Shown here: positions 1 to 12,798 of the stretch, one piece after another
Position numbering within the stretch: the first letter of the stretch is position 1
Layout of the letters: every line of letters starts with the position of its first letter
Assembly (NCBI RefSeq): GCF_006345805.1
Contig: NC_043006.1
Coordinates: 82,770,001-82,834,000 of the forward strand
Length of the DNA stretch: 64,000 nt
Direction: 5' to 3'
DNA from: Octopus sinensis
Lineage: Eukaryota
Notes under the pieces: model-generated
Seen by the model: only the letters and a program-made list of their open reading frames with translations
Told to the model about the DNA's origin: nothing
The model's database searches: none
Program-made: the position numbers and the translations under genes

Positions 1-19
1 GTAGTCAGCTCACCATGGA

Positions 20-801
20 GACACAACCTGCTTCTTGAGGTTATCTTCAAAGCTATAAAGGACCAAATTGGTCTCAACAATAGTGAAAAAAAAACGTTGA
101 AAGTACCAACTAGAGATTTCATTACCCTCGTGCGCTCAGGACAGCGGATCCGCTTCAAGAAGAGCAACAAACTTCCTGTGAGCGATGAAAAGTAGAACGG
201 CTATTGGGAGATGATTTACCAGGATGCCAGGGACTCTTTCCCATGCCAGTTATGAAAAAAAAAACGGACATTTTAATGTGGCGTGAAGGAAAGTAAGTTA
301 TGAATCTAGTCGAGTTAACGGTTCCTCATGAAGATAACATGGACGTCAATAGGGCTCAAAAGATTGACCATTATGCAAACCTTCTTGAGGAATGTGAAGA
401 CGCAGGCTCGAAAGCGGAGCATTTTCCAATCGAAGTCGAATGTAAAGTGTTTATTGGACACAGTGTGAGACCACCGTTCTTATCATTAGGCATAACCCAT
501 CGTAAAGTAAGTACCACCATGACCGATATCTAAACTACAATGGAAAAGGCTAGCCACTGGATTTGGTTAAAAATAGACTATGGGTGATGGCTAGAAGAAT
601 ATTGAGCTTTATTTAGAAACCAGTTGATCTAGTAATGGGGCCTCATATCAGTGAAGGGGGCCGGTGCGCGTTGATGCCATCGAGAGGTAGGCCCCGAAAC
701 AGCGCGCATTCTCTCTTGATGATCCCATACACTTGCTGGCTTCCGGTATGTAGAGTTCTCGACGGGTAGCACTTGCATGTGCAAGTTGTTTGCGAAACAT
801 C
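20..801 (+). mobile_element. 5'-truncated HERO/NeSL-type (R2 group, REL endonuclease) non-LTR retrotransposon 3' fragment with 17-bp TSD; mirror copy at 17792-18572 (-)
   Basis: Degenerate translation RHNLLLEVI...(K)PDILMW...LVELTVPHEDN...KIDHYANL...PIEVECKVF fits the RHN...PD...ELTVP...KY...PIEVGCRGF REL pattern. It is flanked by agtcagctcac(c/a)atgga at 3-19 and 802-818. Confidence 0.8.
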
Positions 802-1670
802 AGTCAGCTCACAATGGAATTTAACCGTAACCAACTACCCTTCTTAGACATTTTGATTATTAAGAATGATACGAACAAAGAAACCGACATCTGTTACAAA
901 CCTTCGGGCTCTAAAGAGTACATACTAATTTCTTCATACCACCCAAAACATAAAACACAATATTCCATTTAACCTAACTTGAAAGATCTAATCAGTAGTT
1001 TCCAATCTAGATGTTTAGAATAAAAGACTCCTTGAAGTAAAGTAGGCTCTCTATGAAAGAACGTACTCGTCTACAAGGGAATAAGGAATAGAATAGAACG
1101 CGCCAAAGCAATAGACATTGAGGAATTAAGAAAAGCATTATCCATCAAAATATACCGTTAGTGAGCTAAGACTGAAGAATGAAAAAGGCACGTGAAGCAT
1201 ACAAAATAACCAAATGCAAAGTCAACCAGAGTCCCTTAAAAATGTCTTACCAATGCAGAACTACCAGCTACGGGTACAACTCTAATAGTTAAAAGGTGTG
1301 GCCGATCCAGCTGTAGAACTTCTGAAAACCTTGAGGACACGACTAAGACATTTAGATCAGGAAAAAGTTTTATTGTAAAAAACCACTTGACATGTTTTTC
1401 AAAGAATTTAAATTCGATGCAGGACTACATTGGACAAACTAAACTCACATTAAGAACGAGACTAAATATTCACCGTCAACAAGTATATTACCCCCCAAAA
1501 CAAAACAAATTCCACTTAATGAACTCCTGGACACACATGCAAAAACCATGTCTCCTAAAATTTTTGTCTTCCCGCATTAATGTGTAGAGAATACTCCAGA
1601 CCAAATAAGAATTAATAAGGAACGTGCTTTCTTTCAAGAATACAAGCCACTGTTGAACGGATTATAAAAA
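802..1670 (+). mobile_element. Decayed Penelope-like element (RT thumb + GIY-YIG). The mirror copy at ~16925-18900 (-) also shows the upstream RT part interrupted by the HERO insert
   Basis: MEFNRNQLPFLDILIIK...YKP...HPKH and DYIGQTKLTLRTRLNIHRQQ align by eye to the PLE at 32.7-35 kb (QLLFLDILIIK, DYIGQTSLTL). 18592-18800 on (-) gives KQYLDD.LIL and LMAYLE, i.e. the RT core. Confidence 0.85.
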
Positions 1671-2299
1671 ATCATCAGTAATACAAAATTCTCCGTTTTT
1701 CCTATGAATTAATTATTGTAGAATATCTACCTGGGTTAGTTTTAAAGACAACAAAGTTTCATGTAGGAGGTTTCATCTATCTTATTTACTCCGCACCTTG
1801 TTATCTTACTTTCTCCAACAGCTTAATTACTGTAGAGTGTCTACTTGGGTATTTTGGGAGAACTTAACAAAGAGACACCCAATTGAAATGCAATTGTTAT
1901 TCAATATTGCTACCGAACCTGGTGAAAAATTCACGTTATATCCTAATGTTGGATAATCTAACGAAGCAGGGGAAAAGAAAGTATTTACACGACGCACTAC
2001 TATTACTATTAGACGAAACTCAACGCTGTCTATCAACGGCTCACAGTAAACTGCTTTTTCTCTTTTATTAAGGCCCATGGCCTTTATAAAGAGGGGACAC
2101 CACAAAACAATACATTGGGGTACATAAAAACATATAACGAATGAATTATAAATATAAATGAAATGTGAATGAAATGGCTTTCCTAACCCACAAAGCAGGT
2201 AGTTCCATTTTACTGCTTTTTAAATAAAGTGTGTACTTAACGGTCTTGTATCTTGTTAGTTTCCTTTTGTTTAAAATTTTCACAATATCACACCAAATG

Positions 2300-3107
2300 T
2301 TCCACCAAATAATAAAAATAGTACCACTGATAGCAATTGATCGTAACAAAATCGAATTCCTGTCATCACTATCCTTTCGCCAAATATTTCCTGCAACCTT
2401 CCTGCTCTATCATCCTCCAACAACACCGCTTTCTCATCTCAATTTTCCTTTCTGTCAGCCATTTTAACCTTTATTGTATGTTTCATTTTTGAAATTTTTT
2501 CTATCTCTACACTCTTTTTGTAATGAATCAAAGTTCTTTCATATTTCCCCTTCGAGGGCTCTCTCTGCTGTACATCACCACTCTCTACCTCTGTTGCTGG
2601 TATTCCCGTCTCTGTTTTGTCCTTCCTCATCAGTTTCTGGAGGCACTCTACCTATTCTTACTCTGGCCGCACGTTTGCCACAGTAAGTAGGTAGCAGTGC
2701 CCACTCGGCTGATCTCAAAGGCACAATGGAGTGTTTTCTCGCTTCTTCTTCGATTACGAAGCGTACCTCCACTGTGCCGTATTTTTTCTCCTCGTGTAAT
2801 TGTCGTAATATACTTTAGCTCTCGTAAACATTTCTCTACCGCTTCCTCCTCTGCTACTTCAACTTTTTTTGTTGTCACATTCAACGTTCTATAAGTAATT
2901 GTCCTCTTTTCAGTTTTTTCAAGTATTTCTTTAGGGAGCGTCAATCTCAGACAGTCTCCTTCCTTCTTCAGCAAACCGTTATATTTTTTTATAATTCTTC
3001 TCCTTTAATTCGATTTCATGGACCTGCAGTACCTCTACTGACAGGCCTTTGTGGGCCACGGCAGCGTAACTCCCCGCTGGTGTACTTTCTATGACGGTAT
3101 TATCCAT
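2300..3107 (-). pseudogene. Frameshifted ORF1-like (L1/Tx1-type RRM-like) remnant; mirror at 15487-~16300 (+)
   Basis: Reconstructed MDNTVIESTPAGSYAVVA...KKYSGLLKKEG...TITRGENYGTVEVRFVSEEEARKHS...LLPTYCGKRAARVRIGRVPPE. It is homologous by eye to the fragment at 50588-51199. The family assignment is inference. Confidence 0.5.
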
Positions 3108-4099
3108 ATTATCCATAACCCATAAATGGAGAAGAAAAAGTAAAAGCCAGTTAACGACAACAATTCCAACAATTCCAGTTAATAACAGTTAAACAATTCA
3201 GTAAATTAAAAATGCAATACAACAGAATTCACATGGAGTGAACACACTTTCAACCCAAATCCAGCGACAACTCCTCACAGTGAACTGCTTACCGGCCCGA
3301 ACTGCCAATCGCTGAGTTAGTCCAATGAGTTAGTCCATCTTTGGGGGTGGTTGGTATCCTTCCACAACATACACAGATCTTATTATGCTATTATGCCTGG
3401 ATTCCTGAAAATAGTGCGGAAACATATCTAAGAACTGGCTCCTAGTAAGCCTCAACTTAATCGCTATGATTAAGCAATACAAAACTGGACACCTTTAGGC
3501 TGTGAAGAATTACACGACTGTTTGAAATCTCAACCTTATATATGGCCTCGTTACAGAAAAGACCTATCTAAACTATGTCCTTTTAGTCTTAACTCTTATG
3601 TGGCTATGTTTCATTTGAAACACACTGTCTTGTTTGAACTAATTTTGAAAATAATGAAGAATTTGCTAAAATAACATTTTCATTGAAGCGAACTTTTCGC
3701 GTGACTTCTACGCGAACATAATATATGAACGTTGACCAATCAAATTTTACCTAACTGATAGCGTTCCGAGTCACAATTCTACATTAAAAACAAGTTATTT
3801 TTATAGCAATGGTCAGAGTAGACATAATTCGAGACACCTTAAATTCTAGACATTTGAAGATCTATTGTGAATACGGTTAAGAGTATACCTATATTTCAAA
3901 AATATATTAAAATTCCAATTAATTCTAATTCATTCTGTGTGCATTTGTAACATCATTTCATCTTCTATTCCTCCACTTGTTTGATTAATAGTCATTACCC
4001 ACACACACAAACACACACACATACACACACATATATATATGCATATATGTTCTTATATATATATATATATATATATCATAAAAGAAGGAAAATGCACAC

Positions 4100-4870
4100 A
4101 GTTAACATAGTTTCTTCGCAGTGGTAGATAGGGAAAACTATGAAATTTGGTTGGAGATTCCCTGCACATCTATCTATGTGTTCACTCAAAAGTATCTGTC
4201 TATACCTTGGGAAACGGATCTTTCCTTATGTAGTGTGGATATCCGTCTAAGTGACATACTGGCCTGTCCTATATAGTTGCATCTATAACCTGAACAAGTT
4301 ATAACATAAATTATGTTCTCGGATGCACAAGTGAATTTGGTCTTAAATGTGAACCTCTCTCCCTGTTTGAATTGGAATTTCAATCCTTCCGGTAGGTTGG
4401 GTTATGTTCCACAGTTTGAACGTCCTGATTTTTTAGCCATTTGTTTCGTGGTTGTTGTGTAATGCTTTGCATTTGTCAGTAATCTTTTCAGCGATTTGGC
4501 TTACTTTTACAGTTGATGAATTTATCTGTTTTCAGAATGTTGTTCAATTCTGGATCCCTAGTGAGCATTGGTAGATTTTGTACAATAGTGTTGTATATCT
4601 ATATAGTTATGGATACAAGTATATAGGACAGACAAGTATGTTACTTAGACAGAGAACCACACTACATAAGGAACAGATCCGTTTCTCACTGTATAGACAG
4701 ATACTTTTGAATGAACACAGAGTTGTGCAGGGAATCTCCAACCAAATTTCATAGTGTTCCCTATCTACTACTGCAAAGAAACAGTTTCTCTACAAGAACG
4801 TTTAAATAAAGAAAATTTATTTATCGAAAAACATAGAACATGCCTAAATAAAAACTTTTCGGCTAGGGAT
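4100..4870. mobile_element. Two back-to-back PLE GIY-YIG fragments forming an old internal inverted repeat (4108-4290 vs 4600-4785)
   Basis: (-) FTCASENIIYVITCSGYRCNYIGQ and (+) YKYIGQTSMLLRQRTTLHKEQ. The two copies are roughly 85% identical by eye. Confidence 0.8.
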
Positions 4871-5599
4871 TCCCAAGTGTGACCAACAGAGACTATGGAT
4901 ATCACCCAAATATCTCGTTCTTGGTCTTCTGGCGGCTACCTTAGCTTAAAGAATCTGTCTTACGATTCTTTCCTGCGACATTCTAATCACAAGTATATAG
5001 AACTGCGGTTGTGGTCTCTGAGAGCAGAGAAGTAGAGATAGAACCTGATCTCCGTGCCATGCACGTTCTCAAGTAATATTATTACAGTGACCTTTCGGAA
5101 GAATCACATTTCAGCCTCTTGTATTGGCGATCGGATTCTTTCAATCATTAAACAACATTCATTACCATTGATGATTGTAGGCAAGGAAACCGAATTAATG
5201 ATGATAGTGAATTAGGCAAAATTTCCTCGATTTCTTAAACATTATTTTTGAAGAATTATTTGATTGGTTGTAATGCGTCCATGAATAAAGCTACACTCTT
5301 CTTCAACCAGTTTGCTCACCAATATTTCTTTAAATCTCTTTTCCAGACACCTAGCCTGTAGTTTATCACCGATTTCATAACAATAATCTCACTTCCACGC
5401 CTACAATTAAAAATGAAAATAAGTGCGCCGAGAAATCTTATTTAACTAAGCTAAATAAAAACAAGAAAAATAGTGATACAAATATGATAGGTAGAAAACG
5501 AAGTATTGAAGATGAACGTATTTTTAAAAAGCACAGATTCAACTTTGTATATACCAAATATATGGTTTTTATATACAATATTACTATTATCACTATTAT

Positions 5600-5945
5600 C
5601 ATTTTTGAGATAGAGGGCAGTGCATGCCATTAAAGTGATATTGGGGAAAATATACAGAACCCAGTAAACCCAGGCATATAAGCGTACACCAGGCACATCC
5701 GTCACAACCATATGTGTGTGACATGGAGATCTACCAAAACAAGTAGCACATAACCTTGCAGGTGGAGCCCAGTTAGAATTGTCTTCAGGTCGAGTAGCCC
5801 ATCGCGCTCGAAAGGTCCCTGAATACGGTTATTTAATGATGTTGAATGAATCACACATGTTTCCAGATTATGATTCGGCCCCCACTACATCTACTCGCGA
5901 TCAGAGATGCACACATCATGCTCAACTAGTCAAGCAACTGAGAAG
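5600..5945 (-). repeat. (AAT)n-tailed interspersed repeat family D; mirror at ~12980-13320 (+)
   Basis: Shares ctgggctccacctgcaagg...tggcatgcactg with the copies at 43948-44754, and the 3' end runs into a degenerate (AAT)n. Confidence 0.75.
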
Positions 5946-5987
5946 GTAATTAGTAATATTGAGCAAAATACCCAAATTTAGCAAACG

Positions 5988-6222
<235 letters not shown>

Positions 6223-6233
6223 ATATGTATATA

Positions 6234-6327
<94 letters not shown>

Positions 6328-6420
6328 CATATATATATACCGGAGTAAACACATAAATGAGAAACAAGGTGGAAAAGAGAGTACTGAAATACCAGTGGTA
6401 GTGTAGGATGCTTTATTTAA

Positions 6421-6507
6421 AGCAGCAGAAAATTCAACAAAACCTACTGTCCAATGAACGGCAACGAGAAACTCAGAGTAACAGGTTTTGTTGAATTTTC
6501 TACTGCT
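6421..6507. mobile_element. 87-bp MITE, 25-bp TIRs, TTAA target duplication (Kolobok-like termini); mirror at 12516-12602
   Basis: TTAA|agcagcagaaaattcaacaaaacct...aggttttgttgaattttctactgct|TTAA, with 1 mismatch between the TIRs. Confidence 0.7.
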
Positions 6508-6514
6508 TTAATTA

Positions 6515-6597
<83 letters not shown>

Positions 6598-6605
6598 CAT
6601 ATATA

Positions 6606-6766
6606 TGGCGGGCCTCTTTCAGTTTCCGTCTACCAAATCAACTCACTAGGCTTTGGTCGACCCGAGGCTATTATAGAAGACACTTGCCCAAAGTGCCATG
6701 CAGTGGAAGAGAACCACGTAGTAGGATTGAACCATGCAGTGGGACTGAATCCGCCATTCCGGCGCC
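6606..6766 (-). mobile_element. SINE family A 5' fragment; mirror at ~12273-12432
   Basis: Shares gggcaagtgtctt...gaccaaagcc...gtagacggaaactgaaag with the longer copies at 41915-42325 and 63157-63531. Confidence 0.8.
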
Positions 6767-6768
6767 TA

Positions 6769-6825
<57 letters not shown>

Positions 6826-7196
6826 GAAATGTATAGAAAACAAAAGTCAAAGACCGTGTATGGACAATAAGCAGGTATATTTTTGTTGACACCCGAAAAA
6901 TGGAAAAGTCTATTACGTTTCGCATCTATGCTCTTCAACAGACAGGAATAAGTGTAAATAACACAGAGAATATATATATATATATATTTGCCCGGATCCC
7001 ATGTATTTCATAATTAGAAAAGCTAGCTCATGTCAATGTGCTAGAGCTGGAGTTCATGAAATAGGTTACTTAGATTTAGTTTCATGTAATTATTTAATTG
7101 TGAGATAAATTGTCATATAGGACAGGGCAACCAGTTCTGCAGAGAACATTCTCTACGAAAATTTAGTATTCCCTATGCTGAATATGGGTTGGAAGG

Positions 7197-7420
7197 AAGG
7201 CGGCGAGCTGGCAGAAACGTTAACACGCCAGGCGAAATGCTTATCGATATTTCGTCTGTCTTTACGTTGTGAGTTCAAATTCCACCGAGGTCGACTTTTC
7301 CTTTCATCCTTTCGGTGTCGAGAAATTAAGTTCCAGTTGCGTACTGGGGTCGATCTAATCGACTGGCGCCCTCCCCAAAATTTCGGGGTCTTGTGCTTAG
7401 AGTAGAAAAGAATGTGGGTT
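7197..7420 (+). mobile_element. SINE family B (tRNA-derived); mirror at ~11615-11838
   Basis: ggcgagctggcagaaacgtta...gagttcaaattcc(a/g)ccgaggtcgact, with a B-box-like gagttcaaatt. There are many copies in the window. Confidence 0.8.
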
Positions 7421-8236
7421 GGATGGGTATCATCACCAAATGCGGTCTTTTATTTTACGGTGACCTGTGTTCTGAGATCAGATCCCTTCACTGCTTCTCA
7501 AGCTTCCTTGCTCTTTCTCTCCTACAGTTTCCTTACGTTAAAATCGTTTGATATGTTTTTGTCTATTATATGTGTGCAGGTATGGGTGAGGAGTTTGTAT
7601 GCATTGGATTGAGTGTGTGACGCATATAAACGTAAATGGATAGCCAAGTGTTGAAGTTCTGAAAAGATGACTTTCCCATTACATATATGAAGGAATGTAG
7701 TACAAAATTCCGTTTTGGTCACTTTCTGCTTTTGATGATGATAAAAAAAAAAAAGACCCCAACTAACCAGTCCCGGGTAGTAGGTTCAAAGAATTGTTAG
7801 AAGCGTAGAGAAGACGTGGATGAGATGTTATGGTAAAGCCGTTATGATGCAGGTTATTTGTTATCGCTGTTTCGACACTGATTCTTTAACGTGAAATGTT
7901 ACAACATTTCTTTCATTTCAATATTTATTTCAATTCTTAAGACCTTCAAATCTGATAGGAGAAAAAGAAGTTATTTTCAAACCCTTAAGGACCTGGTGGG
8001 GATGTTCACTCATTTGTTCCCATATTTCTGTCCAAGTCAAGTGATTTTTATTCAATTTCTCCGCATGCTTTGCTGTCTTCAAAGTGTACCTGTATCAAAA
8101 ATTCCATATCTTCTATCTTTTAATTACCATGCAATTGGAATAAGTGGCAAAATAGGTATTGTCAACGGCACCCAACTTATGACGCTTTTAGATATCCACA
8201 AGCACTTAAATCACGCTAAGGTGAGTGTTCTTTCCA

Positions 8237-8299
<63 letters not shown>

Positions 8300-8328
8300 A
8301 TATATATATATATATATAAATATATAAT

Positions 8329-8362
<34 letters not shown>

Positions 8363-8393
8363 GTATGTATATATATATATATACATATACATT

Positions 8394-8532
<139 letters not shown>

Positions 8533-8538
8533 ATATAC

Positions 8539-8585
<47 letters not shown>

Positions 8586-8804
8586 AATTAGAGATAAAAC
8601 CACTATTAGGCAAATCAAACAATGAAAAATATAAGCCAATACATAAAATTAATTAATTTATATTATTTTAAATATATATCAAAAGTATAAAAAGTTCAAT
8701 AAAAGATAAAGAGTAAAACATTACGATCGTTTCATGGCTGTACAATTCGTAATAATTCGAGTCATACAGATACCCTTATTTATAATTGATGTGTGTGTGT
8801 GTGA

Positions 8805-8859
<55 letters not shown>

Positions 8860-9960
8860 AGTGAGAGAGAGAGAGAGTATATATGTGTATATATTAATAT
8901 AATTATTGAGACAATGTCAAATTATGGTCATAGAGTTACCAATGGTTTCATATCCACGAAAGCCACAGACTTCTAGACAACTCGTCAGACTCTATATAAA
9001 GACAAAATTTAACTTTGTATCATGTGAACGTGAAGAAACGCTAGGATAACGAGATTTAACTGTTAACGTATAAATGCGTTAATGTTTACCTCCCTTGGTT
9101 TACCTCCCGATGTTTACCTCCCTTGGTTTACCTCCCAAGGTTTACCTCCCTTGGACAAAGGAATTAAAAACATTTTCAGACCCGTAATAGTCTAACCAGC
9201 TCTGTGAAGAAGTACCGATTCTTGACGGTTGAATGAATTTGTGGAAGAGGTAGATCCTGAGAGATATGGAACGAGGTGGTGAAGCATGATCTTCGAACGA
9301 TGTGAGGCAATGACAAGTAACCGTGACATTTGACGATATACTGTGCTTGGGATGACCTGCTAAGCCAAGTGAGATCGTAGTCATGATGATATGCCGTGCT
9401 TGAGAAGACACGTCAGGCCAAGTGAAATCGTAGTTGTGGCCGGTGCATGTGTCGCGTAACTGGCACCCGTGATGGTGGCACGTAAAGAGCACCCTTCAAA
9501 CGTTCAGCCTCAAAGAGGCAGTGACAGGTGACCGAGACCTTTCATAACATACAGTGCTTGAGAAGACCTGTTACGCCAAGTGAGATCGTAGTCATGGCCA
9601 ATGCTGGTTTAACAGAACCTGTACCGGTGACACATAAGAAGGACCCACTATACTCTCAGAGTGGTCGGCGTTATGAGTGGTAACAAGCTGTAGAAAGCAT
9701 ACCAAATGAGATTGGAACCTGGTGCAGCTTACCAGTTTTCCGTGAAAACGTCCAACCTATGCCAGCATGAAAAAATGACGTTAAATGATGATGATGATAA
9801 TGATAGTGTATATAGGGTATATATTCTGAGACCTCCTTCGGTCACGACACAGACCATGAGATTGCACCTAGAAAGTTACCCTCCAAGGTACAAGACCGGG
9901 CGAGGTTGTTTATGGAAGACCAGCAGTCGCACATGCATACCGGCCTCCCCCTCTCCATGA

Positions 9961-10467
9961 CAACTACGATTTCACTTGGCCTGACGTGTCTTCTCAAGCA
10001 CGGCATATCATCATGACTACGATCTCACTTGGCTTAGCAGGTCATCTCAAGCACAGTATATCGTCAAATGTCACGGTTACTTGTCATTGCCTCACATCGT
10101 TCGAAGATCATGCTTCACCACCTCGTTCCATATCTCTCAGGATCTACCTCTTCCACAAATTCATTCAACCGTCAAGAATCGGTACTTCTTCACAGAGCTG
10201 GTTAGACTATTACGGGTCTGAAAAGGTTTTTAATTCCTTTGTCCAAGGGAGGTAAACCGTCCTCATTAACGCATTTATACGTTAACCGTTAAATCTCGTT
10301 ATCCTAGCGTTTCCTCACGTTCACATGATACAAAGTTAAATTTTGTCTTTATATAGAGTCTGACGAGTTGTCCAGAAGTCTGTGGCTTTCGTGGATACGA
10401 AACCATTGGTAACTCTATGACCATATTTTGACATTGTCTCAATAATTATATTAATATATACACATAT

Positions 10468-10517
<50 letters not shown>

Positions 10518-10744
10518 CACACACACACACACACATAAATTATAAATAAGGGTATCTGTATGACTCGAATTATTATGAATTGTACAGCCATGAAACGATC
10601 GTAATGTTTTACTCTTTATCTTTTATTGAACTTTTTATACTTTTGATATATATTTAAAATAATATAAATTAATTAATTTTATGTATTGGCTTATATTTTT
10701 CATTGTTTGATTTGCTTAATAGTGGTTTTATCTCTAATTTAATA

Positions 10745-10795
<51 letters not shown>

Positions 10796-12212
10796 TGGAA
10801 GGAACACTCACCTTAGTGTGATTTAAGTGCTTGCGGATGTCGAAAAGCGTCATAAGTTGTGTGCCGTTGACAATACCTGTTTTGCCACTTATTCCAATTG
10901 CATGGTAATTCAAAGATAGAAGATATGGAATTTTTGATACAGGTACACTGTGACGACTGCAAAGCATGCGGAAAAATTGAATAAAAATCAGTTTACTTGG
11001 ACAGAAATATGGTAACAAATGAGTGAACATCCCCACCAGATCCTTAAGGGTTTGAAAATAACTTCTTTTTCTCCTATCAGATTTGAAGGTCTTAAGAATT
11101 GAAATAAATATTAAAATGAAAGAAATGTTGTAACATTTCATGTTAAAGAAGTCATTGTCGAAACAGCGATAACAAATAACCTGCATCATAACGGCTTTAC
11201 CATAACATCTCATCCACGTCTTCTCTACGCTTCTAACAATTCTTTGAACCTACTACCCGGGACTGGTTAGTTTGGGTTTTTTAAATTTTTTTTATCATCA
11301 TCAAAAGCAGAAAGTGACCAAAATGGAATTTTGTACTAGATTCCTTCATATATGTAATGGGAAAGTCATCTTTTCAGAACTTCAACACTTGGCTATCCAT
11401 TTACGTTTATATGCGTCACACACTCAATCCAATGCATACAAACTCCTCACCCATACCTGCACACATATAATAGACAAAAACATATCAAACAATTTTAACG
11501 TAAGGAAACTGTAGGAGAGAAAGAGCAAGGAAGCTTGAGAAGCAGTGAAGGGATCTGATCTCAGAACACAGGTCTCCGTAAAATAAAAGACCGCAATTGG
11601 TGATGATATCCATCCAATCCATATACTTTTCTACTCTAAGGACAAGGCCCCGAAATTTTGGGGAGGGCGCCAGTCGATTAGATCGACCCAAGTACGGTAC
11701 TGGAACTTAATTTCTCGATCCCGAAAGGATGAAAGGAAAAGTCGACCTCAGCGGAATTTGAACTCATAACGTAAAGACAAACGAAATATCGATAAGCATT
11801 TCGCCTGGCGTGTTAACGTTTCTGCCAGCTCGCCGCCTTCCATCCAACCCATATTCAGCATAGGGAATACTAAATTTTCGCAGAGAAAGCTCTCTGCAGA
11901 ACTGGTTGCCCTGTCCTATATGACAATTTATCTCACAATTAAATAATTACATGAAACTAAACCTAAGTAACCTACTTCATGAACTGCAGCTCTAGCACAT
12001 TGACATGAGCTAGCTTTTCTAATTATGAAATACATGGGATCCGGGCAAATATATATATATATATATTCTCTGTGTTTATTTACACTTATTCCTGTCTGTT
12101 GAAGAGCATAGATGCGAAACGTAAAAGACTTTTCCATTTTTCGGGTGTCAACAAAAATATACCTGCTTATTGTCCATACACGTGTCTTTGACTTTTGTTT
12201 TCTATACATTTC

Positions 12213-12258
<46 letters not shown>

Positions 12259-12436
12259 TATATATACATATATAGGCGCTGGAATGGCGGGTTCAGTCCC
12301 ACTGCATGGTTCAATCTACTGCGTGGTTCTCTCCCACTGCATGGCACTTTGGGCAAGTGTCTTTTATAATAGCTTCGGGTCGACCAAAGCCTTGTGAGTG
12401 GATTTGGTAGACGGAAACTGAAAGAGGCCCGTCATA

Positions 12437-12506
<70 letters not shown>

Positions 12507-12699
12507 ATTAATTAAAGCAGTAGAAAATTCAACAAAACCTGTTACTCTGAGTTTCTCGTTGCCGTTCATTGGACAGTAGGTTTTGTTGAATTTTCTGGTG
12601 CTTTAAATAAAGCATCTTACACTACCACTGGTATTTCAGTACTCTTTTTTCCACCTTGTTTCACATTTATGTGTTTACTCCGGTATATATATATGTATG

Positions 12700-12798
<99 letters not shown>

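Noticed and set aside
637-709. Stem-loop or pseudoknot with TGATG...GAAAC in the HERO 3' UTR (possible ribozyme)
   Set aside because: The hammerhead core is incomplete, and the ggggcc pairing partner at 657-662 is altered in the mirror arm.
7528-7579. Possible 52-nt exon (ctcctacag| ... |gtatgg)
   Set aside because: Too short to assess, and its phase is incompatible with the 31178 exon. Kept only as a weak possibility.
7891-8319. 142-aa ORF, open in both palindrome arms (10734..11213), with a GTGAGT donor at 8221
   Set aside because: No recognisable family, and the arm differences are mostly amino-acid changing, so there is no sign of purifying selection.
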